Source of the DNA: Armatimonadota bacterium
Lineage (GTDB): Bacteria > Sysuimicrobiota > Sysuimicrobiia > Sysuimicrobiales > Humicultoraceae
Length of the DNA: 64,000 nt
Direction: 5' to 3'
NCBI GenBank assembly: GCA_037443365.1
Contig: JBBIOM010000001.1
Location: 1,693-65,692 of the forward strand
Below, piece by piece: positions 17,512 to 26,667 of the stretch. The translations under genes were made by a program, and so were the position numbers. Position 1 is the first letter of the stretch, and the number at the start of each line of letters is the position of its first letter. The notes beneath the pieces were generated by a model. The model saw only the letters and a list, made by a program, of their open reading frames with translations, was not told where the DNA came from and searched no databases.

Positions 17512-19965
17512 CTACTCCGTGACCACGTTCACCAGACGCCCGGCCACGACGATCACGTCGGCCACGCTCCTGCCCGCCAGGAACTGACGGAGGCGCTGGC
17601 TGGACAAGGCGACCTCGCGGGCCGCCGCGTCGCTGATACCCGCGTCCACCTGAACCCGGTCGCGCACCCGCCCATCCACCTGCAGCACGAGCGTCACCTG
17701 CGCTGCGGTGGCCTTGACCGGGTCAAAGGATGGCCAGGCCTGGGTGTGCACGCTGTAGGAACCCCCCAGGTGCTCGACCCACAGCTCCTCCGAGATGTGC
17801 GGGCACAGCGGCGCAAGCAGCAGCACCAGTGTCCGCAGCGCGTCGCGCCACAAGGACGTCTGTGCGACCGGAGAGCTCCTGGCTCGCTGAAGGGTGTTGG
17901 CGTACTCCATCAGGGCCGCGATGGCGGTGTTGAACCTGAAGCCCTCCAGCTGCTCACTCACGCGCCTGATCGTGTTGTGCATCCAGTACTCCAGCTCGGA
18001 CGCCCCAACGGCCTCGGCTCGGGGCGCGTCCGCCTCCTGCGACGGCTCCGTCACCAGGCCCCAGACACGCGCCAGGAAGCGCGAGAGCCCCTCGATCCCC
18101 CGGCTGTTCCATGGGCCTCCCTCGTCCCACGGTCCGATGAACATGAGGTACGCCCGCAGCACATCGGCGCCGTACTGGCGCACCAGGTCGTCGGGATTGA
18201 CCACGTTGCCCCTGGACTTGCTCATCCGGTAGCCATCGGGTCCCAGGATGATCCCTTGGTTGAAGAGCCGCGTCATCGGCTCGTCGAAGGCCACCAGGCC
18301 CATGTCGCGCATCACCTTGGTCCAGAATCGCGTGTAGAGGAGGTGCATCACCGCGTGCTCGATGCCGCCGGTGTACTGGTCCACAGGCAGCCAGTACTCG
18401 CCCTGCTCTGGATCAAAGGGGCCATCCCCGAAGTCAGGGCTGATGTACCGGTACTGGTACCATGACGAGTCCACAAAAGTGTCCATGGTGTCGGTCTCGC
18501 GCCTGGCAGGCCTGCCGCAGCGCGGGCAGGATGTGTTCAGGAAGCCGGCGTGGTAGGTGAGCGGCGACTCGCCCGTGGGGCGAAACGCCGCGTCCTCGGG
18601 CAGGATCACCGGTAGGTGCTCGTAGGGCACCGGCACCACGGAGCAGGCGTCGCAGTAGACCACCGGTATGGGCGTGCCCCAGTAGCGTTGCCGGCTGATC
18701 AGCCAGTCGTGCAGGCGGTAGTTCACCTTGCGCTCTCCGATGCCGCGCTCTACCATCGCGTCGGCGATGCGTTGCCAGCCCTCGGCCGACGACAAGCCGT
18801 CGAACGGGCCGGAGTTGACCATCGTGCCCTCTTCCAGGTAGGCGGCGGACAGAGGCCCTCCGTCCCAGCCTGGCGGCGCCACGACCACCGGGATCGGCAG
18901 GGCGTACTTCCGCGCGAACTCGAAGTCGCGCGCGTCGTGGGCCGGAACGCCCTGAATCGCGCCGGTGCCGTAGGTGCTCAACACGTAGTCCGCGACGAAG
19001 ATGGGCACGGCCTGGTCGCTCATCGGGTTGGTGGCGTAGGCGCCCAAGAAGACCCCATCGCGCTCGCGCTCGGTCGAGAGGCGCTCGATGTCGGACTGGC
19101 GCGCTGCCTTGAACTTGTAGGCCTCGACCTCGGCGCGGCGGTCGGGCGTGGTCAGGTGGTCCACAAGCGGGTGCTCGGGGGCGAGCACGCAGAAGGTCAT
19201 CCCGTAGACGGTGTCGGGCCTGGTCGTGAACACCCTGAACTCCAGGCCCGAATGGTCCCTGATCGGGATGGCGAACTCGACGCCCCCGCTGCGGCCGATC
19301 CAGTTGGTCTGCAGGGCTCGGACGCGCTCGGGCCACTCGATCTTGGAGAAGTCCAGCAACTCCTCGGCGTAGGCGGTGATCCTCAGGAACCACTGCTCCA
19401 GGTTCTTCTTGATCACCGGCGTCCCGCACCGCTCGCACACCCGATCGTCGCCGACCACCTGCTCGCGGGCAAGCGTGGTGTTGTCCTTCGGGCACCAGTC
19501 CACCGGCGCCAGCGCCCTGTAGGCCAGGCCCCGCTCGAGCATCTTGAGGAAGAACCACTGGTTCCACCTGTAGTACCCGGGGTCGCAGGTCACCACCTCG
19601 CGCGTCCAGTCCCACATCGCGCCCATGGAGCGGAGCTGGCGCCGGATGACCTCGATGTTGCCCATGGTCCAGCGATAGGGGTGAATGCCACGCTCGATGG
19701 CCGCGTTCTCGGCCGGGAGCCCGAACGCGTCGAATCCCATGGGGAGCATCACGTTGAAGCCCCGCATCCGCCTGTACCGCGCGGCGGCGTCCGAGGGCGC
19801 CATCGCGTACCAGTGCCCGATGTGGAGGTAGTCGCCCGACGGATAGGGGTACATCGTGAGGAAGTAGAACTTGGGCCTCGCGTCGCCGTCGGGCGCGTGG
19901 TACAGGCCGTCCGCTTCCCATCGCGCCTGCCACTTGTGCTCGATCCTGGTGGTATCGTAGCGCAT
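17512..19965 (-). CDS. leuS: Leucine--tRNA ligase
   Basis: 'MYPYPSGDYLHIGH', 'FTTRPDT', 'WLISRQRYWG' and 'RMSKS'. ATG at 19965 follows GGAGG. Confidence 0.97.
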   Translation of the reverse strand: MRYDTTRIEHKWQARWEADGLYHAPDGDARPKFYFLTMYPYPSGDYLHIGHWYAMAPSDAAARYRRMRGFNVMLPMGFDAFGLPAENAAIERGIHPYRWTMGNIEVIRRQLRSMGAMWDWTREVVTCDPGYYRWNQWFFLKMLERGLAYRALAPVDWCPKDNTTLAREQVVGDDRVCERCGTPVIKKNLEQWFLRITAYAEELLDFSKIEWPERVRALQTNWIGRSGGVEFAIPIRDHSGLEFRVFTTRPDTVYGMTFCVLAPEHPLVDHLTTPDRRAEVEAYKFKAARQSDIERLSTERERDGVFLGAYATNPMSDQAVPIFVADYVLSTYGTGAIQGVPAHDARDFEFARKYALPIPVVVAPPGWDGGPLSAAYLEEGTMVNSGPFDGLSSAEGWQRIADAMVERGIGERKVNYRLHDWLISRQRYWGTPIPVVYCDACSVVPVPYEHLPVILPEDAAFRPTGESPLTYHAGFLNTSCPRCGRPARRETDTMDTFVDSSWYQYRYISPDFGDGPFDPEQGEYWLPVDQYTGGIEHAVMHLLYTRFWTKVMRDMGLVAFDEPMTRLFNQGIILGPDGYRMSKSRGNVVNPDDLVRQYGADVLRAYLMFIGPWDEGGPWNSRGIEGLSRFLARVWGLVTEPSQEADAPRAEAVGASELEYWMHNTIRRVSEQLEGFRFNTAIAALMEYANTLQRARSSPVAQTSLWRDALRTLVLLLAPLCPHISEELWVEHLGGSYSVHTQAWPSFDPVKATAAQVTLVLQVDGRVRDRVQVDAGISDAAAREVALSSQRLRQFLAGRSVADVIVVAGRLVNVVTE

Positions 19966-19975
19966 AGGTCCGCCT

Positions 19976-20328
19976 CCAGAAAGGCAACGCCGCCCTCGTC
20001 CACAGGGACGAAGGCGGCCTCCGCGGTACCACCCCGGTTGACAGTTGCGCAACTGCCCACGCAGTTGGTGGAGCAGGCGGGAATTGAACCCGCGACCTCC
20101 TCTACGCCAAAGAGGCGCTCTCCCCCTGAGCTACTGCCCCGCGCACCTGTCCGCTTGAGCCCTTATCGCGGGCAAACGGTGGAGACTACGGATCCGCACC
20201 GGACCCCTCGCCTCCACGGCTCCCGGACGAGTTCGGCAGACCCGCCGTTCGGGTTGCACCTGCCCCCGAATCTCTTGTGCGCCTCCTGGCGCCGGTCGGT
20301 CCGCTGCCTACTGCTTCCGGTCTTCGCC
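19976..20328 (-). promoter_or_regulatory. Leucine T-box riboswitch (specifier CUC) of leuS
   Basis: Stem I reads GGCGAAGACCGG/AGTA...AGAGA...GGTGCAA...GAA-CTC-GT-CCGGGAGCC, with specifier CTC at 20229-20231. Stem II is GTGGAG..CTCCAC followed by CGTT. T-box sequence AACCGGGGTGGTACCGCG at 20022-20039. Terminator stem GCCGCCTTCGTCC/GGACGAGGGCGGC. Confidence 0.93.
20066..20140 (-). tRNA. tRNA-Ala(GGC), embedded in the leuS T-box leader
   Basis: 75-nt cloverleaf: acceptor GGGGCAG/CTGCTCC with G3.U70, D arm GCTC/GAGC, anticodon arm CCTCT-TTGGCGT-AGAGG, T arm GCGGG-TTCAATT-CCCGC, A73 and encoded CCA. Confidence 0.93.
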
Positions 20329-20362
20329 ACCCTGTCTGACGCGCCGTGCACCTAACAGGGCG

Positions 20363-20391
20363 ATTATATAGACCCGGCACAAGGGGGTCAA
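20363..20391 (-). promoter_or_regulatory. Sigma-70-type promoter for the T-box/tRNA/leuS transcript
   Basis: Minus strand TTGACC-N17-TATAAT. Confidence 0.8.
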
Positions 20392-20410
20392 GCCGATTGC
20401 CCGAGGCGCG

Positions 20411-20902
20411 CTATAGCTTGTAGCCGAAGCGCCGCAGCAGATCCTTGCGCCAGGAGATCTCCGTGTCGTCTTCGACGCCCAGCGGCTTGAACCCGTCCAG
20501 AACACCCAGGATCCCACGCTGATCTCCCTCTTCGGCAACTACCACCTGGATGGGGTTGGCCGTGGCCGCAAACAACCGCACTACTTCGGGACAGGCCCGC
20601 ACCGCGGGAAGGACGTTGATGGGGAAGAACCCCTCGCCCAGCACGATGATGAAGGCATGGCCGCAGCCCAGCGCAGCCGCGTTCCTCACCGCCAGATCAA
20701 CCAAGCCCTGATCCGTGCCTGACTTGCGGATCAGGCGCTTGCCGCTGGCCTCCGAGAAGGCAAGGCCGAACTTGATGCCCGGCACCGCGGTAACCAGGGC
20801 CTCGTGGAGATCCTCGACCGTCTTGATGAAGTGCGACTGGCCCAGGATGACATTCAGGCTCTCCGGCTTCTCGATGGGCACAAGATGGATGTCCATGGGC
20901 AT
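20411..20902 (-). CDS. Adenosine-specific kinase family protein (DUF355)
   Basis: 'NVILGQSHFIKTVEDLHE', 'FGLAFSEASGKRL' and 'ATANP..GILGVLDG'. Confidence 0.88.
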   Translation of the reverse strand: MPMDIHLVPIEKPESLNVILGQSHFIKTVEDLHEALVTAVPGIKFGLAFSEASGKRLIRKSGTDQGLVDLAVRNAAALGCGHAFIIVLGEGFFPINVLPAVRACPEVVRLFAATANPIQVVVAEEGDQRGILGVLDGFKPLGVEDDTEISWRKDLLRRFGYKL

Positions 20903-21736
20903 CTAGACCGAGGGAGGCGGCGCCTTCGGGCGTCCGGCCGCCTCAGGGGTTTCGTAGCCATCCGGGAACGCCGGCACCACCTGCGCTGGTGCGCGGTGCG
21001 GGAGTCCCACGAACAGGCTGCGCTTGAGGAGTTGGATCGCAAACGCCGGGTCCACGCCCTTGGGACACGCCTCGCTGCAGGCGCCGGCCAGATGGCAACC
21101 GAAGACCCCGGCCGACGCGTCCACTACACGGGCGCGCTCGACCGCGCCGGCGTCGCGGCTGTCCGCCGCGTACCGGTAGGCCTGCGCGAGCGCCTGCGGG
21201 CCCAGGAACCGCTCTGAAGAGGAGGCTGTGGGGCAGGCCGCGATGCACAGGCTGCATTTCAGGCAGTACGTGAACTGCACGAACCGCGCCAGCTCGGCTG
21301 GCTTCTGCTCGAACTCGCGCGTGGGTGATTCCATCTCCCCAGAATCGCCGCGAATGATGTAGGGTAGCACAGCCCTGTGCCGGCTGAAGGTCGCGGCCAG
21401 ATCGGGCACAAGGTCCTTGACGGCGTCGTGGTTGGGAAGCGGCGCCACCTCCACGACGGACCCCAGCCCGCTCACCTGCGTGTTGCAGGCAAGGCGGGGC
21501 TTGCCGTTGATGAACATGCCGCACGAACCGCACACCCCCATCCGGCACGAGCACCGGAATGCCAGCGATCCATCCCGCTCTTCCTTGACCGCGAACAGGG
21601 CGTCCAGCACGGTCATGCCCGGTGTGGTCTTCAACTTCCACTCCTGCACGCCCGGCGCGCCGCCCCGATCGGGGTCGTAACGCATCACCCTCAGCGTCAG
21701 GATTCCGTCCTGGGTGTTCCCGGTCTGCTCTGCCAT
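20903..21736 (-). CDS. sdhB: Succinate dehydrogenase/fumarate reductase iron-sulfur subunit
   Basis: Cluster motifs SCRMGVCGSC, CLKCSLCIAAC and CHLAGACSEACP. Confidence 0.93.
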   Translation of the reverse strand: MAEQTGNTQDGILTLRVMRYDPDRGGAPGVQEWKLKTTPGMTVLDALFAVKEERDGSLAFRCSCRMGVCGSCGMFINGKPRLACNTQVSGLGSVVEVAPLPNHDAVKDLVPDLAATFSRHRAVLPYIIRGDSGEMESPTREFEQKPAELARFVQFTYCLKCSLCIAACPTASSSERFLGPQALAQAYRYAADSRDAGAVERARVVDASAGVFGCHLAGACSEACPKGVDPAFAIQLLKRSLFVGLPHRAPAQVVPAFPDGYETPEAAGRPKAPPPSV

Positions 21737-21749
21737 CTCTCGCCGCTCC

Positions 21750-22112
21750 CTAGAGGCGCGCGGCCTGTACTGCCACCGCCACGCCGTAGACAAGCACCAC
21801 GAGCCCGAACAGCACCACGCCCGTGTTGATGAAGCGCACTGCGCGGGGAGACCCCCATATCTCCCCAAGGACACCCCTGAGGCCGTAGAGGCCGTGGTAC
21901 AGGGCGAAGCCCAGCAGCAGGATGTAGACGGCCGCCCATGCCGTTCCCCTGCCGCGCTCGGCCACCGCGGAGAAGGACATCACCGGCTCCCTGATCCACC
22001 CGAAGGCGGCGAGAATGCTGGCGTAGTGCATCACCCCCATGTGCAAGCCCAGGAGCACGAGCAGACCCGCACCGCAGATCAGGTGGAGCGCCCAGAGCCT
22101 TGATTCCCTCAC
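21750..22112 (-). CDS. sdhD: Succinate dehydrogenase membrane anchor subunit
   Basis: Three TM helices and 'YHGLYGLR'. GTG follows GAGGGAGGGG. Confidence 0.8.
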   Translation of the reverse strand: MRESRLWALHLICGAGLLVLLGLHMGVMHYASILAAFGWIREPVMSFSAVAERGRGTAWAAVYILLLGFALYHGLYGLRGVLGEIWGSPRAVRFINTGVVLFGLVVLVYGVAVAVQAARL

Positions 22113-22129
22113 CGCAACCCCTCCCTCGC

Positions 22130-22594
22130 CTACTTGGTCAGCAGGTCCCATACCCCGGACGCGAGAAGCACGGCGGCCAGGATCATCAGCACCACGGTCA
22201 TCCTGCGCTGACGATGCAGCGCAATCGGATAGGGGTAGACCGGGTGCCCGGGCCTGCCCAGCGCGCAGCCCAGATGCCCAAACAGCAGCCGGAACCCGTT
22301 GATGGCGTGAAAGAGGAAGGCGGCGAGGATCAGGATCTCGCCGGCAACAAAGGACGGCCGCGCCAGGAGGGCCATCGTCTGCTCCCACACCTCGGGCCCC
22401 TGCAGTCGCCGCCCCGTTACCCAGATGTGCAGCGGCAGGTACAGCACGAGTCCCAGCCCGGTCAGACGATGAAGGACGTACAGGTATCTCTCGGCCGGAT
22501 ATCGCCCGGCATAGACCCAGCCTAGCAGGCCGAGCCGCATGCTCAGCCGCGATGGCTCTCGGATCTGTGATGGGGCCTTCACCTCGGTGGCCAT
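22130..22594 (-). CDS. sdhC: Succinate dehydrogenase cytochrome b subunit
   Basis: 'LHRLTGLGL..LHI' and 'FHAINGFRL'. Confidence 0.88.
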   Translation of the reverse strand: MATEVKAPSQIREPSRLSMRLGLLGWVYAGRYPAERYLYVLHRLTGLGLVLYLPLHIWVTGRRLQGPEVWEQTMALLARPSFVAGEILILAAFLFHAINGFRLLFGHLGCALGRPGHPVYPYPIALHRQRRMTVVLMILAAVLLASGVWDLLTK

Positions 22595-22620
22595 GGCTTC
22601 ACCCTATCGGATAGATGACA

Positions 22621-24333
22621 TCAGTACTTGCGTTCCGCGGGCTTCCAGGTCGTAATCGTAACCGGGCTGTAGGTCAGATGCGGCCCGACGTCGCTCTGTG
22701 TCGCCTGCGTGTGCACAAGGAAGCGCTCGTCATCGCGCTCCGGGTAGTCCCGGCGGGCATGCCCGCCCCTGGACTCTTTCCGCTCCAGCGCTCCCATCAC
22801 CACTACCTCTGCCAGATCCAGCAGGTTCTGCAACTCGAGGGCACAGGAGAGATCGGTGTTGTACACCCAGCTCCGGTCGTCGAGGTGGATGCGGGTCATC
22901 CGTTCGCGAAGCACCCGCACCTCGCGCAGCGCCGCCTCCAGGCCCTGCCCATCGCGGTAGACGCCGACCTTCCCGTCCATCAGTTGCCTCAGTTGCGTGC
23001 GGATCTGGTGGTGATTCTCCGGCCCGCGCGCCATCAACAGGCGCGCAAGCCGGGCCTTCTCCTCCGCGGCATCGGACAGCGGCGGGTCTGGCAGGACGCG
23101 CTCCTTCTGCGCCCATGCCGCGGCCTCTCGCCCGGTGATGGCGCCCCACACCAGGCACTCCGCGGTGGAGTTCGTCCCGAGCCGGTTGGCCCCGTGCAGC
23201 GACATGCAGGCCGCCTCGCCCGCGGCCCAGATGCCCTCTACCGGCGCCTTGCCGTTGATGTCGGTCGAGATGCCGCCCATCGAGTAGTGGGCCGCGGGTC
23301 TCACCGGCAAGGGCCCCTCGATGGGATCAATCGCGTTGAACTTGATGGCCACCTCTCGTATCAGGGGCAGGCGTTCGTTTATGCGATCGCGGCCCAGATG
23401 CGTCAGGTCCAGTTCCACGTAGTCCAGGCCGCTTGGGTGAACGAACCCTCGTCCTGCCTCGATCTCGGTCATCTCGGCGCGCGAGATGATGTCGCGGGGA
23501 GCCAGCTCCATCATCTTGGCGGCGTAGTCCTCCAGGAAGCGGCGCCGCTCCTTGTTCTTCAGGTGGCCACCCTCGCCCCTTGCTGCCTCGGTTATCAGGA
23601 TCCCCGAGGGCACCAGGCCGGTCGGGTGGAACTGCACGAACTCCATGTCCTTGAGGGGGAGCCCGGCCCGATAGGCCATCGCCATCCCGTCACCGGTGAC
23701 CGCGTGGGAGTAGGTGGTGAAGCCGTAGAGCCGGCAGCAGCCCCCAGTTGCGATGACAAGTGCCTTGGCTCGGAGCAGGGCGAACTCGCCGGTCGCGAGG
23801 TCCCACGCGGTCAATCCAGCGAAGACGCCGTCCTGCACGATCATGCGTGTGGCCATCCACTCCTCGTACCTGGCGATGCTGCGGTACTTCTGCATCGTGT
23901 CGTAGAGGGTCTGCATCTCGAAGAACCCGGTCTTGTCCGCGGCGAACGTGGCCCGGGGAAACGTGTGCCCGCCAAACGGCCGCTGGTCGAGACGGCCATC
24001 CGAGCGCCGCGACCACGGGGTGCCCCAGTGATCGAGGCGCAGGATCTCCTGCGGGGCCGCCTCGACAAATCGTGCCACGACATCCTGGTCGGCGAGGAAG
24101 TCGCTGCCCTTCACCGTATCCCAGGCGTGCAGCTCCTTGCTGTCCCCCTCCTCGGGGTGCAGCACAGCACCGGTGCCGCCCTCGGCGCACACGGAATGCG
24201 CACGCATGAGCTGGCCCTTGGATAGAATCGCGAGATCCAAGTCCCCGCGCGAGACGCGCAGGACCTCAAGCGCCGCTCGGAGCCCGGCCAGGCCGCTTCC
24301 CAGGATCAGGACGTCATGAGTGTAGGTCTGCAC
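22621..24333 (-). CDS. sdhA: Succinate dehydrogenase/fumarate reductase flavoprotein
   Basis: GSGLAG, 'RAHSVCAEGG' (covalent FAD His), 'QFHPTG', 'HGANRLG' and 'ESRGGH'. Confidence 0.95.
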   Translation of the reverse strand: MQTYTHDVLILGSGLAGLRAALEVLRVSRGDLDLAILSKGQLMRAHSVCAEGGTGAVLHPEEGDSKELHAWDTVKGSDFLADQDVVARFVEAAPQEILRLDHWGTPWSRRSDGRLDQRPFGGHTFPRATFAADKTGFFEMQTLYDTMQKYRSIARYEEWMATRMIVQDGVFAGLTAWDLATGEFALLRAKALVIATGGCCRLYGFTTYSHAVTGDGMAMAYRAGLPLKDMEFVQFHPTGLVPSGILITEAARGEGGHLKNKERRRFLEDYAAKMMELAPRDIISRAEMTEIEAGRGFVHPSGLDYVELDLTHLGRDRINERLPLIREVAIKFNAIDPIEGPLPVRPAAHYSMGGISTDINGKAPVEGIWAAGEAACMSLHGANRLGTNSTAECLVWGAITGREAAAWAQKERVLPDPPLSDAAEEKARLARLLMARGPENHHQIRTQLRQLMDGKVGVYRDGQGLEAALREVRVLRERMTRIHLDDRSWVYNTDLSCALELQNLLDLAEVVVMGALERKESRGGHARRDYPERDDERFLVHTQATQSDVGPHLTYSPVTITTWKPAERKY

Positions 24334-24388
24334 ACGTTGCCTCCGGTTTGTGAATCTACTCCCCTCACCAATGACACTGCCAAGAGCA

Positions 24389-24916
24389 CTACTGGTCCGC
24401 GCGGTGATCGCGGCCCCAGACGCCCACCTCTCCTCCTGCCATTCGCACCGCGTGCGGGAGGACGGGTAGCAGGATCTCCAGCCACTCGCGCACCGCGGCC
24501 GGGCTACCCGGGAGGTTGATCACAAGGGTCCTGCCGCGAATCCCGGCCGCGGCCCGCGAGAGCATCGCCAGCGGAGTACGCTTCGCCGTGCGGATCCGCG
24601 CGGCCTCCACGAGCCCGGGCGCCAACCGGTCGCACACGGCGATTGTGGCCTCGGGCGTCACATCCCGAGGGGAAAGCCCGCTGCCCCCGGTGGTGAGGAC
24701 CAGCGCCACACCGTCCTCGTCGCAGTAGCGCACCAGGGCCCGGCTTATCGCCTCCTGATCATCCCCAAGGACCTCGCGGCGCACCACCTGTGCCCCCAGG
24801 CCGGTCAGTGCGGAGACGATCGCCTCGCCGCTGGCGTCGGTGCCCTGCCCGCGCGCGACAGTGTCTGAGAGGGTCAGGACGGCTACGCGAACCCCCTCCA
24901 GCGAAGAGGCGGTCAT
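24389..24916 (-). CDS. Molybdopterin adenylyltransferase (Mog/MoaB family)
   Basis: '[17 protein letters not shown]' and 'INLPGSP'. Confidence 0.9.
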   Translation of the reverse strand: MTASSLEGVRVAVLTLSDTVARGQGTDASGEAIVSALTGLGAQVVRREVLGDDQEAISRALVRYCDEDGVALVLTTGGSGLSPRDVTPEATIAVCDRLAPGLVEAARIRTAKRTPLAMLSRAAAGIRGRTLVINLPGSPAAVREWLEILLPVLPHAVRMAGGEVGVWGRDHRADQ

Positions 24917-25419
24917 GCCGTCTCTCCGGGGCGGCGGTACTCGCCGCTTCGCCCGCCCTGCTTGCGCACCAGGCGAACACGCTCGATCGTCATGCCACGA
25001 TCTGCGGCCTTGCACATGTCGTAGACGGCAAGGGCCGCGACCACAACGGCGGTGAGCGCTTCCATCTCGACCCCGGTGGGTCCCACCGAGCGGACCGTGG
25101 CCTCGATCGCAACCAGGTCCCTCGATTCGTCGGGCACAACCCGCACCCGCACATCGGTGAGCGCTATCGTGTGGCAGAGCGGCACAAGATCAGCCGTGCG
25201 CTTCGCGGCCATGACACCGGCGGCCTGCGCCAGACAGAGCACGTCACCCTTGGCCACGCGGTTGGCCCGAATGAGGTCCAGGGTGGCCTTTCGCATCCTG
25301 ACTTCCCCGCGCGCCACGGCCACGCGGACGGTGGCGGGCTTGGCGGAGACATCCACCATGCGGGCACGACCGGCCCGGTCCACGTGCGTCAGCGCGCGTC
25401 CCCTGGTTCCCCTGCTCAT
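24913..25419 (-). CDS. moaC: Cyclic pyranopterin monophosphate synthase
   Basis: '[13 protein letters not shown]', 'LVPLCH', 'TGVEMEAL' and 'YDMCKA'. Confidence 0.95.
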   Translation of the reverse strand: MSRGTRGRALTHVDRAGRARMVDVSAKPATVRVAVARGEVRMRKATLDLIRANRVAKGDVLCLAQAAGVMAAKRTADLVPLCHTIALTDVRVRVVPDESRDLVAIEATVRSVGPTGVEMEALTAVVVAALAVYDMCKAADRGMTIERVRLVRKQGGRSGEYRRPGETA

Positions 25420-26633
25420 GTCAGTAACCGTACCAGAACCTCGTCACCCTCGCGTAGTCCGTCGGTGCCAGGAGGGACGACGACAATGCCGTGCGCGCGC
25501 GCCATTGAGGTGAGAATCGCCGACCCGGCAGGCAGAGGCACGGCCCAGATTCCATCCGCGCGCGACTCCAGCCTGACGCGCCGGTGGTCCTCCCTCACGC
25601 GGGCCGCCGGGAGGAAGCCGGCAAGACGTGCCCGCACGATGTCCCACGGCCTGCCCTCGGACGACATCCCCATCATTGCCTCGAGCACCGGACGTGCGAA
25701 GAGATCGAATGCCACGAGCGCCGAGACCGGGTTGCCGGGCAGGCCGATCACCGACACCCGTCCTGAGGCGGCCAGCACAGTAGGCTTGCCAGGCCTAAGC
25801 GCCACGCCGTGCACCACGACGCCAGGAGGACCCAGCGCCTCTATGGCCTCCACGGCCAGGTCCTCCTCGCCCACCGACGAGCCGCCTGAGACCAGCAGCA
25901 TCTCGTGATCAGGGAGCGCCCGTCGCAGGGCTGCTTCGATCGCGCACCGGTCGTCGTGCACTATGCCAAGCGGCACAGGTGTCCCGCCGGCCGCCTCCAC
26001 AGCGGCGGCCAGCGCAGCGGTGTTCATGTCGCGCACGCGCCCCGGCGCCAGGGGCGATCCAGCCGGCACCAGCTCGACGCCTGTGGCCAGAATCGCCACG
26101 CGCGGGCGCAGGAAGACGCTGACGTGTTCCAGGCCCAGGCCTGCCAGCACTCCCAGGCTGGCCGGCCGGAGGCGCGCCCCACGACGCAGCACGAACTCGC
26201 CAGCCCGCACGTCGGCCCCCCGCGGCACGACGTTCTCCCCGACCTGCACAGGACGCGACACCAGCAGCCGCTCACCTTCGACCTCGACGTCCTCCTGCAT
26301 GATCACAGCGTCGGCGCCCGGGGGCATCATCCCGCCGGTGGGAACCCGCATGGCTCCGCCCCGGGGCAGGGGGGCGTCTGCCGCGGCCCCCATCGTAACC
26401 TCGCCGGCCGGCCGTAGAATCGCTGGCCTGCCCGGCGACGCCGCGGCCAGGTCGAGGGCCCGCACTGCCCATCCATCCACGCTGGAGCGATCGAAAGGGG
26501 GCAGATCCGTCTCGGCAACAGCATCCTCGGCGAGGACGCGCAGGTGCGCCGTGAGGAGGGGCACGTGCTCGGCACCGCGCGGCTTGGGCCGCAGAACTGC
26601 GGCGTAACGCGCGCGGGCGTCGTCCGGTGCCAC
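25416..26633 (-). CDS. moeA: Molybdopterin molybdotransferase
   Basis: '[13 protein letters not shown]', '[12 protein letters not shown]', 'PGKP' and 'LPGNPVSA'. Confidence 0.93.
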   Translation of the reverse strand: MAPDDARARYAAVLRPKPRGAEHVPLLTAHLRVLAEDAVAETDLPPFDRSSVDGWAVRALDLAAASPGRPAILRPAGEVTMGAAADAPLPRGGAMRVPTGGMMPPGADAVIMQEDVEVEGERLLVSRPVQVGENVVPRGADVRAGEFVLRRGARLRPASLGVLAGLGLEHVSVFLRPRVAILATGVELVPAGSPLAPGRVRDMNTAALAAAVEAAGGTPVPLGIVHDDRCAIEAALRRALPDHEMLLVSGGSSVGEEDLAVEAIEALGPPGVVVHGVALRPGKPTVLAASGRVSVIGLPGNPVSALVAFDLFARPVLEAMMGMSSEGRPWDIVRARLAGFLPAARVREDHRRVRLESRADGIWAVPLPAGSAILTSMARAHGIVVVPPGTDGLREGDEVLVRLLT

Positions 26634-26667
26634 TAGGCGCGTGAACGCACGGACCCGGGGCGTCAGA

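Noticed and set aside
20066-20140. tRNA-Ala as an integration-site (att) remnant or pseudogene
   Set aside because: The cloverleaf is complete with Ala identity elements and CCA, and there is no duplicated 3' fragment or integrase nearby.
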